DNA of 64,000 nucleotides from an uncultured Candidatus Rokubacteria bacterium (GCA_963826115.1 CAWGVS010000005.1:1792001-1856000), one strand, 5' to 3'. Positions 38,382 to 48,579 are shown, counted from the first letter of the stretch. Numbers and translations are program-made. Notes: a model not told the origin generated them from the sequence alone.

Positions 38382-38741
38382 ATGAAGCTCCTCATCAAGA
38401 GCGCGTGGGGGTCCGACGATCCGACGAAGGCGGCCTTCCCGTTCCTGCACGCCAACGCGTTCGTCGAGGCCGGCCACGAGGTCCAGATCTTCCTGCTCGG
38501 CGAGGCGGTCTCTCTGCTGCGGACCCCGGTGGCGAACGCGGTGGTCCCGGTCGGCTGGCCGCCGCTCGCCGAGATCCTCGCCAAGACGCGCGCCCACAAG
38601 ATCCCGCTTCACGTCTGAACGGCGTGCTCCCGGGCCCGTGGGGTCCTGGACGCGGATCTGGACGGCAAGAACGCGACGTTCGCCGTGCCCCCGACGCTCG
38701 TCGCCCTCACCGTGTGGGCGGACAAGATCCTGAGCGAGTGA
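38382..38741 (+). CDS. DsrE-family protein, probable selenoprotein (Sec at TGA 38616-38618, UxxC motif)
   Basis: The frame continues past the TGA as ...IPLHV-U-TACSRARG...WADKILSE*, giving 119 aa, a full DsrE length. Confidence 0.85.
38628..38650 (+). promoter_or_regulatory. Bacterial SECIS-like hairpin
   Basis: TCCCGGGCCC-GTG-GGGTCCTGGA: 9 of 10 positions pair (one G-U). The G-starting apical loop lies 19 nt after the UGA. Confidence 0.7.
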
Positions 38742-38763
38742 GCCTCGCGGTCCGCGCGCGGAT

Positions 38764-39231
38764 CTATCGCTCCGTGTCGTGCACCGCCGGGCTCGTCAGG
38801 ATGAGGTGAGTCGCACGGGTCAGCCGATCGATGACCTCGACGCTGACGAGCGCGCCCGCCGCGCACCCCGGGAATAGGTTCGGGTCGCCGATCGTCACCT
38901 GCGCGCGCACCTCGACGCGGTCGAGGCGGCGCTGATTCGGATCCCCGATGAAGTCGGCGTGCACGGCCACCCCAGGCCGGAGCTCGAAGGTGTTGGGATC
39001 TCCGATCGCGACCCCCTGCTCGTCGAAGAACGTCAGGGTCGCCGGACACGCCTTGTCCGGGTCGGGGGGATTCTGCAGGACCGCGTTGATGCGCGCGGTC
39101 TGGGCGGCGTTCACCACGCCGAAGATCGGAAAGTCGTAGACGATGATGGCCTGGGCGGGGCTCGCGCAGGCAAGCGCGGCGAGTGTCAGGCCGAGAACGA
39201 CCAGAGACGGGGAGCGCCGATGATGGCTCAT
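38764..39231 (-). CDS. Hypothetical secreted protein with three IGDPN motifs
   Basis: Signal peptide ending AQA; GAGGAGG RBS; IGDPN three times and NPPDPD once. Confidence 0.75.
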   Translation of the reverse strand: MSHHRRSPSLVVLGLTLAALACASPAQAIIVYDFPIFGVVNAAQTARINAVLQNPPDPDKACPATLTFFDEQGVAIGDPNTFELRPGVAVHADFIGDPNQRRLDRVEVRAQVTIGDPNLFPGCAAGALVSVEVIDRLTRATHLILTSPAVHDTER

Positions 39232-39435
39232 GGGGACCTCCTCGATCGGGCGATCACGAGGATGTTGCGGAGTTACGGTCCCCGCTCCGTCTGACCGGTT
39301 CGCGAACCTCGACCGCGCGGCACGGGAACCAAGACCAGGCTACGTCAGCCCGTCCACGCCGACAACCCGCCCGGGGGCGCGAAGATTACGCGCGAGTGAT
39401 GCCCGGTGCCCTCGACCCTGCCGAGAGCGGCACGA

Positions 39436-40785
39436 CTAGGGACTCGGCCGGGACCCTGCTCCGACGAGAGCCTTCACGGCCATGAGCGCGTCGCGGTAGG
39501 CGGCCGCATCGGAACCGAAGGTCCCGCCCAGGATGATGCACGGGTCGGCGAGGCTGAACGGCTGCCCGCTGTCCCGGCCCACGAGCTGACCCTCCGGACG
39601 CTCCTCCCAGAAGCAGTGGCTGGCATTCTGCTCGCGCGGGTTGTGGCGCGCCGGCCCGCCGCCCGGCCGGTCGAACTGGTGGTAGGCGCCCGCGTATTCG
39701 GTGATCTCCGCGTCGGCGCCCGCCTTGCGGAGCCGCTCCACGTAGGCCCGGCAGAGCGCCACGGGGGCGAGGTCGTCGGCCGCCCCGTGGAAGAGACGGA
39801 TCGGCCGGTCGCTCACCGCCTCGTCGCCCGCGAAGGCGTAGTAGCACGGAGCGTAGAAGGGGATGTGCAGCGCGAACCTGGCGCCGACCGGGCCGTGCAG
39901 GCGCTGGAATCGCGTGATCGCCGAGTAGAGCGCCACGGCGCCGCCCTTCGAGAATCCCATCACGGCGATCCGCGCCGGATCGATCCGGGGGTGCGTCGCC
40001 AGAAGCTCGAGCGCCCGGTAGGCGTCGCCGACCATCGCAAGGCTGCTGAGCTGCGACTGATCCTCGGCGGTCATGGCGATGCTCCGGCCCGTGAAGCTGT
40101 CGAGGACAAACGTCGCGGCGCCGGCCCGAAGGAGCTCCTCGGCCCAGCGGTCTTCGCGAGGGGTTACCCCGCCCGAGCCGTGAACGAGCACGACGGCCGG
40201 GCTCCGCCCGACCTGGCCCGACGGAAGCTCGAGGTCTCCCCAGATCACGCTGGCGGAGGCGGGCCTGATCCCCTGGAGGAACTCGGGGATCGTCGGCGTG
40301 GTGGTCCGGAATCCGATGCGGCCGGTCGGCCCGGCCATCAGTGTCGTGTGGGGCACAGGCGGCGAACAGGCGTCGACGTAGCGCAGGGACGTCGTGCTCG
40401 TGACGGCCTGTCCGTCAGCGAGCACGACTCGCAGCGTGTACCGAAACTCGGTCTGGCCCGGCGACGGCTTCCTCGGCCAGTGGAGGCGCGGACTCTCGAA
40501 TCGGCCCTGGTCGGTGGTGTGACGCTGAAGGTCGTCCCTCGACGGGGTCAAGGGCGAGCGAATCGGTCGCCCCTCGAAGAGCCCCGACAGCTCGATGTCA
40601 TTCACGGCCGCCAGACCCCCGGGAAGCCCCCGGTACGAGAACCCCCACTGGAAGATGTCCCGCAGGCACACCTGCGGCGGATCGAACCGGAACTGCTCGA
40701 GCGCCGGCTGCGCCTCGCCAAGGATCGGAGCGGCCAGGAGGGCGATACCCAGGATGCCCGTGAGAATGAGCCGCGGAGCTCTCAT
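39436..40785 (-). CDS. Secreted dienelactone-hydrolase-family alpha/beta hydrolase with extra N-terminal domain
   Basis: VHGSGG, GFSKGG (nucleophile elbow), HGAADD and YHQFD motifs. Confidence 0.85.
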   Translation of the reverse strand: MRAPRLILTGILGIALLAAPILGEAQPALEQFRFDPPQVCLRDIFQWGFSYRGLPGGLAAVNDIELSGLFEGRPIRSPLTPSRDDLQRHTTDQGRFESPRLHWPRKPSPGQTEFRYTLRVVLADGQAVTSTTSLRYVDACSPPVPHTTLMAGPTGRIGFRTTTPTIPEFLQGIRPASASVIWGDLELPSGQVGRSPAVVLVHGSGGVTPREDRWAEELLRAGAATFVLDSFTGRSIAMTAEDQSQLSSLAMVGDAYRALELLATHPRIDPARIAVMGFSKGGAVALYSAITRFQRLHGPVGARFALHIPFYAPCYYAFAGDEAVSDRPIRLFHGAADDLAPVALCRAYVERLRKAGADAEITEYAGAYHQFDRPGGGPARHNPREQNASHCFWEERPEGQLVGRDSGQPFSLADPCIILGGTFGSDAAAYRDALMAVKALVGAGSRPSP

Positions 40786-40807
40786 GTGAGCCTCCTCGAG
40801 CCGATGC

Positions 40808-41611
40808 TCAGCGCGCGAACGTCGCGTGGACCTCCCCGAGACCGTCGATCGCCACCGTGACCTCGTCGCCGGCCGAGACCCAGCGCGTCTCCACCACGCT
40901 TCCCAGCAGCACGAACTCGCCGGCGTGGAGCCCGAGGCCGAGGCCTGCCCGGAGGTTCGCGAGCCAGGCCAGGGCCTCGAGGGGGTGGCCCATGACCGCC
41001 CGGCCCTCTCCCCGCCCCGCTTCCCGGCCGTTCAGCCGCGTGACGCCGGTCAGCGCCCCGAGGTCGAGATCGCGCCACCGTCCGGTCGCCGGCCCGAGAA
41101 CGCAGCCCGCGCTGAAGAAGTCGTCGGCGATCAGCGTGGGGACGTCGAGCGTGCGGTAGTCGCGGTACCGGTCGTCGACGATCTCCATCGCGGGGAGGAC
41201 GGCCGCCACCGCGCCCGAGACCCGCGCGCGGTCGAACGGCGCGCCCGCCGGGCCGAGGTCCGACCCGAGGCTCACGGCGATCTCGCACTCGACCCCGACC
41301 CGGACGTAGTCGCCGTGGCGGACGTCGGCCCGCCCCTCGTGGACCGTCCGGGTGGGCACCCCGCCGGCGCACGGGTTCCCGATGCCGAGGAAGGCCTGCA
41401 TCACCGGGGTGGTGCAGCCGATCTTGTGACCGGCGATCGGGCCCAGGCCCGCGCTCGCCAGGAGCTCGTGCAGCACCGCCTGCACGCGGTACCCGTCGGT
41501 CTCGTCCCGCGGACGGCAGTCCGCCGGCAGGGGCTCGATCGGTGTCCGCGCGAGGCGTCCGTCGCGGAGGAGCATGGCGGCGCGGCGATGGCGGTCGCTC
41601 GAAGTCTCCAT
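40808..41611 (-). CDS. 2-keto-4-pentenoate hydratase-like (FAH superfamily)
   Basis: GHKIGCT, VECEIAV, MEIVDDRY, IADD and GHPLEALAWLAN motifs. Confidence 0.88.
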   Translation of the reverse strand: METSSDRHRRAAMLLRDGRLARTPIEPLPADCRPRDETDGYRVQAVLHELLASAGLGPIAGHKIGCTTPVMQAFLGIGNPCAGGVPTRTVHEGRADVRHGDYVRVGVECEIAVSLGSDLGPAGAPFDRARVSGAVAAVLPAMEIVDDRYRDYRTLDVPTLIADDFFSAGCVLGPATGRWRDLDLGALTGVTRLNGREAGRGEGRAVMGHPLEALAWLANLRAGLGLGLHAGEFVLLGSVVETRWVSAGDEVTVAIDGLGEVHATFAR

Positions 41612-41615
41612 GGCA

Positions 41616-42725
41616 TCAGCCGCGAGCCGGCGGGTCCGCCGGGATCAATCGCTCGAGCCGCGCGCGCAGCCGGCCGAGCTCCGTCGGGTCGTCGGCCCTC
41701 AAGGTGACGTGTCCCAGCTTCCGCCCGGCGCGCGGGGCCTTCCCATAGTCGTGGAGGTGCGCCCCGGGAACCGCGAGGACGGCCGGCCCGTCCGGCATCA
41801 CGCCGATGAGGTTCAGCATGAGGCTCGCGCCCGTCGCGGCCGTCGAGCCGAGCGGGAGTCCGGCGACGGCCCGCATGTGGTTCTCGAACTGGCTCGTCTC
41901 CGCGCCCTCGATCGTCCAGTGGCCCGAGTTGTGAACGCGCGGCGCCATCTCGTTGGCGAGGAGCGCCTCGCCGACCTGGAAGAGCTCGATCGCGAGCACG
42001 CCGACGTACTCGAGGGCGTCCAGCACGCGTCGGGCGTGCCCCTCAGCCCGCGCCTGAAGGCCCGGCGAGACGTGGGGCGCGGGGGCGAGGCTCCGCCGCA
42101 GAATGCCGCCCGCGTGCAGGTTCTCCACGAGCGGGTAGCAGGCGGTTGCGCCATCCCGGCCCCGCGCCGCGAGGATCGAGAGCTCCCGGTCGAAACGGAC
42201 GAAGCCCTCGAGAATCAGGGGCGCGCTCCCGAGCTTCGCCCAGGCCTCTTCGACGTCGCCCGGCATCCTCAGGACCTGCTGGCCCTTGCCGTCGTAGCCG
42301 AGGCGTCGCGTCTTGAGCACGGCCGGGCACCCGAGCTCCGCGACGGCGCGGGCCAGGTCATCGCGGCTCGCCACTCCCCGCCACGGCGCCACGGGAATCC
42401 CCACCGCCTCGAGGAACCGCTTCTCGTCCACGCGGTCCTGCGAGACCTCCAGCGCTCCGGGCGGCGGAAGGATCCGCGCGCGCGCCGCCAGGCGCCGGGT
42501 CGAGGCCGCGGGCACGTTCTCGAACTCGTAGGTGACGAGCGCGAGACCGTCGGCGAAGAGGTCGAGCGCCACCGGATCGTCGTACGCGCCCACGACGAGC
42601 TCGCCCGCGCGGCCAGCCGGCGCCTCGGGCGACGGATCCAGGAACCGGCAGCGGATGCCGATCGGGTCGGCCGCGCGCGCCAGCATCCAGCCGAGCTGGC
42701 CGCCGCCCAGGACGCCGACCCTCAC
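41616..42725 (-). CDS. purK: N5-carboxyaminoimidazole ribonucleotide synthase
   Basis: [34 protein letters not shown] and YGK...GRKLGH. GTG 42725. Confidence 0.95.
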   Translation of the reverse strand: MRVGVLGGGQLGWMLARAADPIGIRCRFLDPSPEAPAGRAGELVVGAYDDPVALDLFADGLALVTYEFENVPAASTRRLAARARILPPPGALEVSQDRVDEKRFLEAVGIPVAPWRGVASRDDLARAVAELGCPAVLKTRRLGYDGKGQQVLRMPGDVEEAWAKLGSAPLILEGFVRFDRELSILAARGRDGATACYPLVENLHAGGILRRSLAPAPHVSPGLQARAEGHARRVLDALEYVGVLAIELFQVGEALLANEMAPRVHNSGHWTIEGAETSQFENHMRAVAGLPLGSTAATGASLMLNLIGVMPDGPAVLAVPGAHLHDYGKAPRAGRKLGHVTLRADDPTELGRLRARLERLIPADPPARG

Positions 42726-43264
42726 GGGCGCGGCGGGGCGGCCGGAGGCGCCGGGGCGATCCGCGGATCCGGAGAGTCGAGTACCGCGCGCGTCTGCCGG
42801 GCCCGGAAGCGCTCGACCGCCTCGCGGAACCGCGCGTGCTTCGTGCCCAGGATGGACGCGGCGAGAAGCGCGGCGTTGATCGCGCCCGCCCGCCCGATGG
42901 CGAGCGTGCCGACCGGGACGCCCGCGGGCATCTGGACGATGGACAGGAGCGAGTCGAGACCGTTCAGCACGCGTGACTCGACGGGCACGCCCAGGACCGG
43001 CAGCGGCGTCTTCGCGGCGGTCATGCCGGGGAGGTGCGCCGCACCACCCGCGGCCGCGATGATCACGCCGAGGCCGCGGCCCGCCGCCGACTGGGCATAC
43101 TCGAACAGGAGGTCGGGCGTCCGGTGCGCCGAGACGATGCGGACCTCGTACGGCACGCCCAGCACCTCGAGCGTGGCAACGGCATGGGCCATGGTCTCCC
43201 AGTCCGACCGGGAGCCCATGATCACGCCTACCAGAGGCCGCGCGTCGTTCCGCTTCTTCGCCAC
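42722..43264 (-). CDS. purE: N5-CAIR mutase
   Basis: [21 protein letters not shown] and SIVQMP.GVPV motifs. Confidence 0.96.
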   Translation of the reverse strand: MAKKRNDARPLVGVIMGSRSDWETMAHAVATLEVLGVPYEVRIVSAHRTPDLLFEYAQSAAGRGLGVIIAAAGGAAHLPGMTAAKTPLPVLGVPVESRVLNGLDSLLSIVQMPAGVPVGTLAIGRAGAINAALLAASILGTKHARFREAVERFRARQTRAVLDSPDPRIAPAPPAAPPRP

Positions 43265-43295
43265 CGGGCAGCTCCGCGCCGTAGTATATCGCGGG

Positions 43296-44159
43296 ATGGG
43301 AGCCCTCCTGATCGTCGCCGCCGCCGTCACCTGGGCCACGACGGGCGCGACGATGAAGCTCGTCGCCGCCACCGGATCGCCGATCTCGCCGCTCCTCGTG
43401 GGCTTCCTCCGGGTCGCCATCGCGGCCCCGTGCCTGTGCCTGGCCGCGCGCTGGCTCGGCGGCCCCATCCAACTGCCGTCCGGCGGCGATCGCCGGCGCT
43501 TCCTCGTGGCCGGGCTGGCGATGGGTCTCTTCCAGCCGTTCTACTTCTGGGGCGTCGCGAAAACGTCGGTCGCGATCGGGTCCCTCATCGCCATCTGCAG
43601 CGCCCCGCTCCTGATCACCGTGCTGGCGGCGCTGTTCCTCGACGAGCGCATCGACCGCCGCACGTGGACGGCCCTCCTCGTAGGCATCGCGGGCACCGCG
43701 CTCCTCACGGTCGGGCCCCACGGCCTCTCGGGGCTCCCCCCGGGATTCCTGGCCGGCGTGGCGCTCGAGCTGGTCGCGGGCCTCTGCTACGCGATCTACG
43801 CCGTGACCGTGAAGAGCCTCGTCCACCGGGCGCCGCCGCTCACGATCGCGGCGGGCACCTTCTCGGTCGCCGCGCTCACGCTCCTGCCCGTGCTCCTGGT
43901 GGAGTGGCCGGTGGCCGACCTGCGGGGGTGGACGCTCCTCGTCTACCTCGGCGTGGTGCCAACCGCGGTCGCGTACGTCCTCTACGCGATCGGCCTGCGC
44001 ACGACGCCGGTGACGGTGTCGGGGGTGCTGACCCTCCTGGAGCCCCTCACGGCCACGCTCCTCGGGGTCCTGTTCTTCGGCGACCGCCTGGGCCCGGTCG
44101 GCGGCGTCGGCGCCGCGCTCCTCGTCTCCGCTGTGCTCGGGCTCACGATCCGGCGGTGA
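43296..44159 (+). CDS. EamA/DMT family transporter
   Basis: About 10 TM helices, duplicated EamA pattern, LLEP motif. ATG 43296. Confidence 0.9.
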   Translation: MGALLIVAAAVTWATTGATMKLVAATGSPISPLLVGFLRVAIAAPCLCLAARWLGGPIQLPSGGDRRRFLVAGLAMGLFQPFYFWGVAKTSVAIGSLIAICSAPLLITVLAALFLDERIDRRTWTALLVGIAGTALLTVGPHGLSGLPPGFLAGVALELVAGLCYAIYAVTVKSLVHRAPPLTIAAGTFSVAALTLLPVLLVEWPVADLRGWTLLVYLGVVPTAVAYVLYAIGLRTTPVTVSGVLTLLEPLTATLLGVLFFGDRLGPVGGVGAALLVSAVLGLTIRR

Positions 44160-45357
44160 CGGGCGCACCGGTGTCCACCGGGGGGAACCGGAACGTCTCG
44201 GAAACCGCGCCGGCCGTGCCGGTCTCGACCAGGCGGGCCACGTCCAGCCGACGCTCCGCGTCCAGGACCGCCTCCGCGGTGGCGCGCGTCTCGGGATGCT
44301 TCGGCACGAAGAGCGTGCAGCAGTCCTGGTCGGGCTCGATGGAGGTCTCGTACGTCCCGATCGCCCGCGCCTCGCGGATGATCTCCTCCTTGTCGGTCCC
44401 GATGAGCGGCCGGAACACCGGCATGCTCACGACCTCCGTCGTCCGGGCTAGGTTCTCGAGCGTCTGCGACGCCACCTGGCCGAGGCTCTCCCCGGTCACG
44501 AGGGCGAGCGCGCCGGTCTTGCGGGCGATCGCCTCGGCGATCCGCGTCATGAGGCGTCGGTAGACGACGACGCGCAGCGGCCCGGGCACGCCGAGCACGA
44601 TCTCGCGCTGGATCTCCCCGAACGGCACCAGCCACAGGCGCGCCTGGAACTGGTGGCGCGCCAGGCGCTCGACCAGGGCGCGCGCCTTCCGTTGCGATGT
44701 GTCGGCGAGATACGGGACCGAGTGGAAGTGCACGAACTCGACCTCGCAGCCTCGCTTCTGGAGCCGGCACGCCGCCACCGGGGAGTCGATTCCGCCCGAG
44801 AGGAGCGCGACCACGCGACCGGACACGCCGACCGGCAGGCCGCCGGGCCCCCCGACGCGGTCGACGAAGACGAACGCCTCGCGCGGCAGGAGGTCCACGC
44901 GAACGGTGAGCGCGGGCTCGCTGAGGTTCACGCGGGTTGCGAAGTGACGGAGCACCAGGGCGCCGAGCTCCCGGTTGATCTCGTCCGACGGCATCGGGAA
45001 GACCTTGAAGGTCCGGCGCGCGGTCACCCGGAACGACTCGAAGGTCCGCCCCTCGAGGAGCTGGAGCACGGCGGCCTGGACCGCTCCCCACTCGGGCGGG
45101 AGCGACAGCGCGGGCGCGAAGTAGGCGATCCCGAACACGGTGGCGACGCGCTCGCGGAGCCGCGCGAGGTCGGCGTCCGGCGCGAGGTCGAGCACCAGCC
45201 GGCCGGGCAGACGGCGAAGGCCCGCGACGCCGCATCCCGCCGTGGCCGCGAGGAGGTTCCTTCCCAGCCGCCGGAGGAAGAGCGGGCGGTTGCCACCCTT
45301 CAGGCTGATCTCGTGGTAGTGGACGACCACGCACGGAGACGGCGCGCGCCCGCTCAA
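44143..45357 (-). CDS. thiI: tRNA 4-thiouridine synthase
   Basis: EISLKGGNR, THUMP domain, LLSGGIDSPVA, GESLGQVASQT and DCC motifs. Confidence 0.95.
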   Translation of the reverse strand: MSGRAPSPCVVVHYHEISLKGGNRPLFLRRLGRNLLAATAGCGVAGLRRLPGRLVLDLAPDADLARLRERVATVFGIAYFAPALSLPPEWGAVQAAVLQLLEGRTFESFRVTARRTFKVFPMPSDEINRELGALVLRHFATRVNLSEPALTVRVDLLPREAFVFVDRVGGPGGLPVGVSGRVVALLSGGIDSPVAACRLQKRGCEVEFVHFHSVPYLADTSQRKARALVERLARHQFQARLWLVPFGEIQREIVLGVPGPLRVVVYRRLMTRIAEAIARKTGALALVTGESLGQVASQTLENLARTTEVVSMPVFRPLIGTDKEEIIREARAIGTYETSIEPDQDCCTLFVPKHPETRATAEAVLDAERRLDVARLVETGTAGAVSETFRFPPVDTGAPVTAGS

Positions 45358-45361
45358 CGGA

Positions 45362-45496
45362 TCAGCTCTCCCGGTCGGGTCGGCCGCGGTGCTTCGAGCG
45401 GCGGCGGTAGACCGTGGGCGGGATCTCGACCTTGGGCGGCTTCCGCGGCATGGGCTTCCGGGGCTGCGCCGGCCGCGAGACGCGCTTCTTCGCCAC
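45362..45496 (-). CDS. Small basic protein (44 aa), ArfA-like C-terminal motif
   Basis: Manual translation: MAKKRVSRPAQPRKPMPRKPPKVEIPPTVYRRRSKHRGRPDRES*. It fills the gap and ends 4 nt before the thiI start; below the ORF-track size cutoff. Confidence 0.6.
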   Translation of the reverse strand: MAKKRVSRPAQPRKPMPRKPPKVEIPPTVYRRRSKHRGRPDRES

Positions 45497-45554
45497 GCTC
45501 AGCCGCGACCGAGAGAGACGGGGCGGCGCGCGCGCCGTCTCACCGTCGTCTCGT

Positions 45555-46379
45555 TCAGTACGCGCCGGCGGGGAACGTCGACACGCTCGCCGGGTGCCCC
45601 GCGCGCCGATACATCTTCACCCCGCCCCAGGACATGCCGTCGACCGCGCCGAGGACCCCGTCGTGGATCGCCCAGCTCCGTCCCCGGATGGTCCCGTCGA
45701 ACCCCCGGCGCCGGAACTCCGTCGAGTCGTCGAGCGCCCGGTGGAGCCGCCCCCCGCGCTGGAACTCCGACTGGATCGTCTCCATCGTCTCCCGCCCCAG
45801 CAGGTAGTCGCAGCCGTGCCGCTCGTAGAGGAGGGCGGAGTGGTAGAAGAGCGGCTCCACGAGGAACAGCTCCTTCCCGAACAGCCGGCAGAAGTCGTCC
45901 ATGGCGTCCAGCACGCGGCCGAGCATCCGGAGCCCGGGACGCACCTGCCCCGGCGCGAGCCCCGCGGCGGCGGCCCGCCGCTCCTCCGGGAGGTTGCGCG
46001 TCACCGTGCCGAAGAGCGTCTCCTGGCCGTCCTCGTCCCGGTCGATGGCGAACCGCGGCGAGCGAGGGTCCGTGATCTGCACGAACGAAAGTTCGGGCAC
46101 CCCGAAGGGGCCGACCTCGACGTCGACCAGCACGATGGGATCGCGGTCGTCCCGCGACGCGCGGAGCTCGACGCGCGCCCAGCTCTGCTCGGGCGGCGCG
46201 AAGATGCGCAGGAGTCGGTGTCCCGCCACGTTCAGCCCCGTCGCCCGGTCGACGCCGACGCGCGCGCACACCTCGAGCGGGATCAGGCGCCCGTACAGGC
46301 CCTCGCGCAGCGGCGCCGGCAGCCCGTTCAGCTCCTGGAGGGAGCCGAGCTCGGGGGCGGCGACGCGCGCGTCCCTCAA
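45555..46379 (-). CDS. Conserved hypothetical protein, possible GNAT-like fold
   Basis: TTG start overlaps the mobA stop; DPRSPRF.ID, GLAPGQVR.GLR, EPLFYHSA.LYE..G and RGRSWAIHDG motifs. Confidence 0.75.
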   Translation of the reverse strand: MRDARVAAPELGSLQELNGLPAPLREGLYGRLIPLEVCARVGVDRATGLNVAGHRLLRIFAPPEQSWARVELRASRDDRDPIVLVDVEVGPFGVPELSFVQITDPRSPRFAIDRDEDGQETLFGTVTRNLPEERRAAAAGLAPGQVRPGLRMLGRVLDAMDDFCRLFGKELFLVEPLFYHSALLYERHGCDYLLGRETMETIQSEFQRGGRLHRALDDSTEFRRRGFDGTIRGRSWAIHDGVLGAVDGMSWGGVKMYRRAGHPASVSTFPAGAY

Positions 46380-47035
46380 CAACCCGCCCCGGTCCCGTCC
46401 GGCACGCCGGTCGAGGGGCCGCGAGCTGCGCCGCCCGCCCGCCGGTCCCAAAGGGCGCGGGCATGTGCCAGGTCCTCCGGGGTATTGAGGTTCAGGAACA
46501 CGAGCTCCGGGTCGGCGAAGTGCGCCACGGCGGCCGCGGGGACGCGAACGACACGGACGTCGTCGAAGACACCCGCGACCGCGAGCTGACCAGCCCGGAG
46601 CCGCCGCTCCATCGCCGGGAGGCACGCCTTCCCGTACACCGCGTGGAGCGTCTGGAGCCGACCGCCGCCCTCCGGCACGATCACGTCCGCGTCGGCCGCG
46701 CGCCCGGCGAGGTGCGCCACCAGCGGGCCCGAAATGAAGGGCATGTCAGAGGCCACGCAGAGGGCGGCGTCCCCCGGAACGGCCCGGAGACCCGAGTAGA
46801 TCCCGCCCAGCGGGCCACCCTCCGGGGAGACGTCGCCCACCATCGGGAGGCCGAGAGAGGTGTACAGCTCGGGGCTGTTCGTGACAACCAGGCAGTCCGG
46901 CAAGACCGATTGCAACGTCTCCGCTATGTGCTCGATCAGTGGACGACCGCCGAACGGAAGGAGCGCCTTCGGGGACCCACCCATCCGCCGGTTCTTACCG
47001 CCGGCCAAGATCACACCGCTCACGCGGGATATCAC
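46376..47035 (-). CDS. mobA: Molybdenum cofactor guanylyltransferase
   Basis: ILAGG..RRMGG..K, GPLGGI, DMPF and NLNTPEDL motifs. Confidence 0.9.
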   Translation of the reverse strand: MISRVSGVILAGGKNRRMGGSPKALLPFGGRPLIEHIAETLQSVLPDCLVVTNSPELYTSLGLPMVGDVSPEGGPLGGIYSGLRAVPGDAALCVASDMPFISGPLVAHLAGRAADADVIVPEGGGRLQTLHAVYGKACLPAMERRLRAGQLAVAGVFDDVRVVRVPAAAVAHFADPELVFLNLNTPEDLAHARALWDRRAGGAARGPSTGVPDGTGAGC

Positions 47036-47128
47036 ACCGAAACCGCCCGCATGATAGCACCCGCCCCCGCCACGACACACGTTTTGACGGGACCGGACCG
47101 CGAACGGATTCGGGGCGTCCGGAGGGCT

Positions 47129-48501
47129 CTAGGCGGCCGCCTGGATCTCCCGGAGCGACCGGTCGTAGCCCCGCACGATCCCGTCGATCTCCGCGTCCCC
47201 GTGCGCGTTCGACAGGAAGCTGTGCCGCGGGTGGATCAGGACCCCCTCGGTCAGGAGGAACAGGAACAGGGCCTGGAGCAGGTCCGGATCCTCGACCGCC
47301 GCGTCGCGGACGCTCATCACCGGGCCGTCGACGAACCGGAACGCGAACAAGGAGCCGAGCCCGCACGCCCGGAGCGGGATGCCCAGGGACGCCGCCAGGG
47401 ACGGCACCTCCCGTCGGATGCGGTCGCCCCGGACGTTCATCGCGCCGTAGAGGTCCCGGTGCTCCCTCAGGAAGTCGAGCGTCGCGTTGGCGGCGGCCAC
47501 GGACGTCGGGTTCCCGTTGAACGTGCCTCCGTAGGCGACCGGCGTGCGTCCCGCCTTCTTGGCGTCGGGCACCGACATGAGCCGGAGGAGCTCCCGCGAG
47601 CCCGCGACCGCGCCGAACGGGAAGCCGCCCCCCAGGATCTTGCCGAACGTCGCGAGGTCGGCCCGGATGCCGTAGTGCTCCTGGGCGCCGCCGAGGGCAA
47701 TCCGGAAGCCGGTGATGACCTCGTCGAAGATGAGGACGACACCGTGCCGGGCGGTGACCGCGCGCAGACCGGCGAGAAACTCCGGTGTCCCCGCGATCGA
47801 CCCCGCCGACCCCTGCACCGGCTCGACGATCACCGCCGCCAGCTCATGAGCGTGAGCCGCGATGCGGTCGAGCGCCGCCGGATGATTGAAGGGTAGGACC
47901 ATCGTGTTCGCCACGGTCTCCTCGGGGATCCCCGGCGACTCGACGGTCGCCACCGGCGCCTCCACCGGACCCGCTTCTCCCGGCTTGTACTGGACGCTCA
48001 TCATCACGGTGTCGTGGATGCCGTGGTACCCGCCCTCGAACTGGCGATCTTCTTCCGGCCCGTGTAGGCGCGCGCGAGCCGGAGAGCGTGGAGCGTCGCC
48101 TCGGAGCCCGAGCTGCAGAAGGTCGTCATCTCCGCCCCGGGCACGGCGGCGATCACCTTCTCCGCCAGTTCCGTCTCCCCGGCGTGCGGCAGGGCGTACA
48201 CCGTGCCGTTCATCAGCGCACGCATCACCGAGGCGGTGATCGCCTCCGGCGAGTGGCCGAGGATGACCGGGCCGAACCCGAGACGACAGTCCACATACTC
48301 CCGGCCGTCGACGTCCCAGATCCGGGCGCCGCGCGCGTCCCGGACATACAGGGGGTGCGGGTCCGCGTAGCGGATGCTGCTGGTCACGCCCCCCGGCATG
48401 AGGTGTCGCGAGCGCTCGTACAGCTCTGCCGAGCCCTTCGACTGTCGCGCGAGCTTCTCCTGCGCGATCCGCAGAGCCGCCTTTCCATTCAAGGTCTTCA
48501 T
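47129..48501 (-). CDS. Class III aminotransferase (glutamate-1-semialdehyde aminomutase-like), frameshifted near 48042
   Basis: N-part MPGGV.S, DVDG.EYVD, SGSEAT; C-part FEGGYHG, FDEVITGFR, FGKILGGG, GTFNGNP. One missing A (GCC AAG TTC) joins them. Confidence 0.85.
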
Positions 48502-48579
48502 CGGTCCTCCCGCTGGTTGTGTCGCGGTGACTCGGGTCCCGCGGGCGAGGCCAACCCCCGCCCGCGTGACCCGGGGGTC

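Noticed and set aside
39232-39435. Possible riboswitch or ncRNA in the 200-bp intergenic region
   Set aside because: No recognisable consensus by eye; an Rfam/Infernal scan would be needed.
41574-44168. Long fused ORFs in the track (850-aa 'PurK', 861-aa 'DMT'; likewise 685-aa 'LLM' and 634-aa CoA-transferase)
   Set aside because: The N-terminal extensions overlap other real genes; the true starts are downstream.
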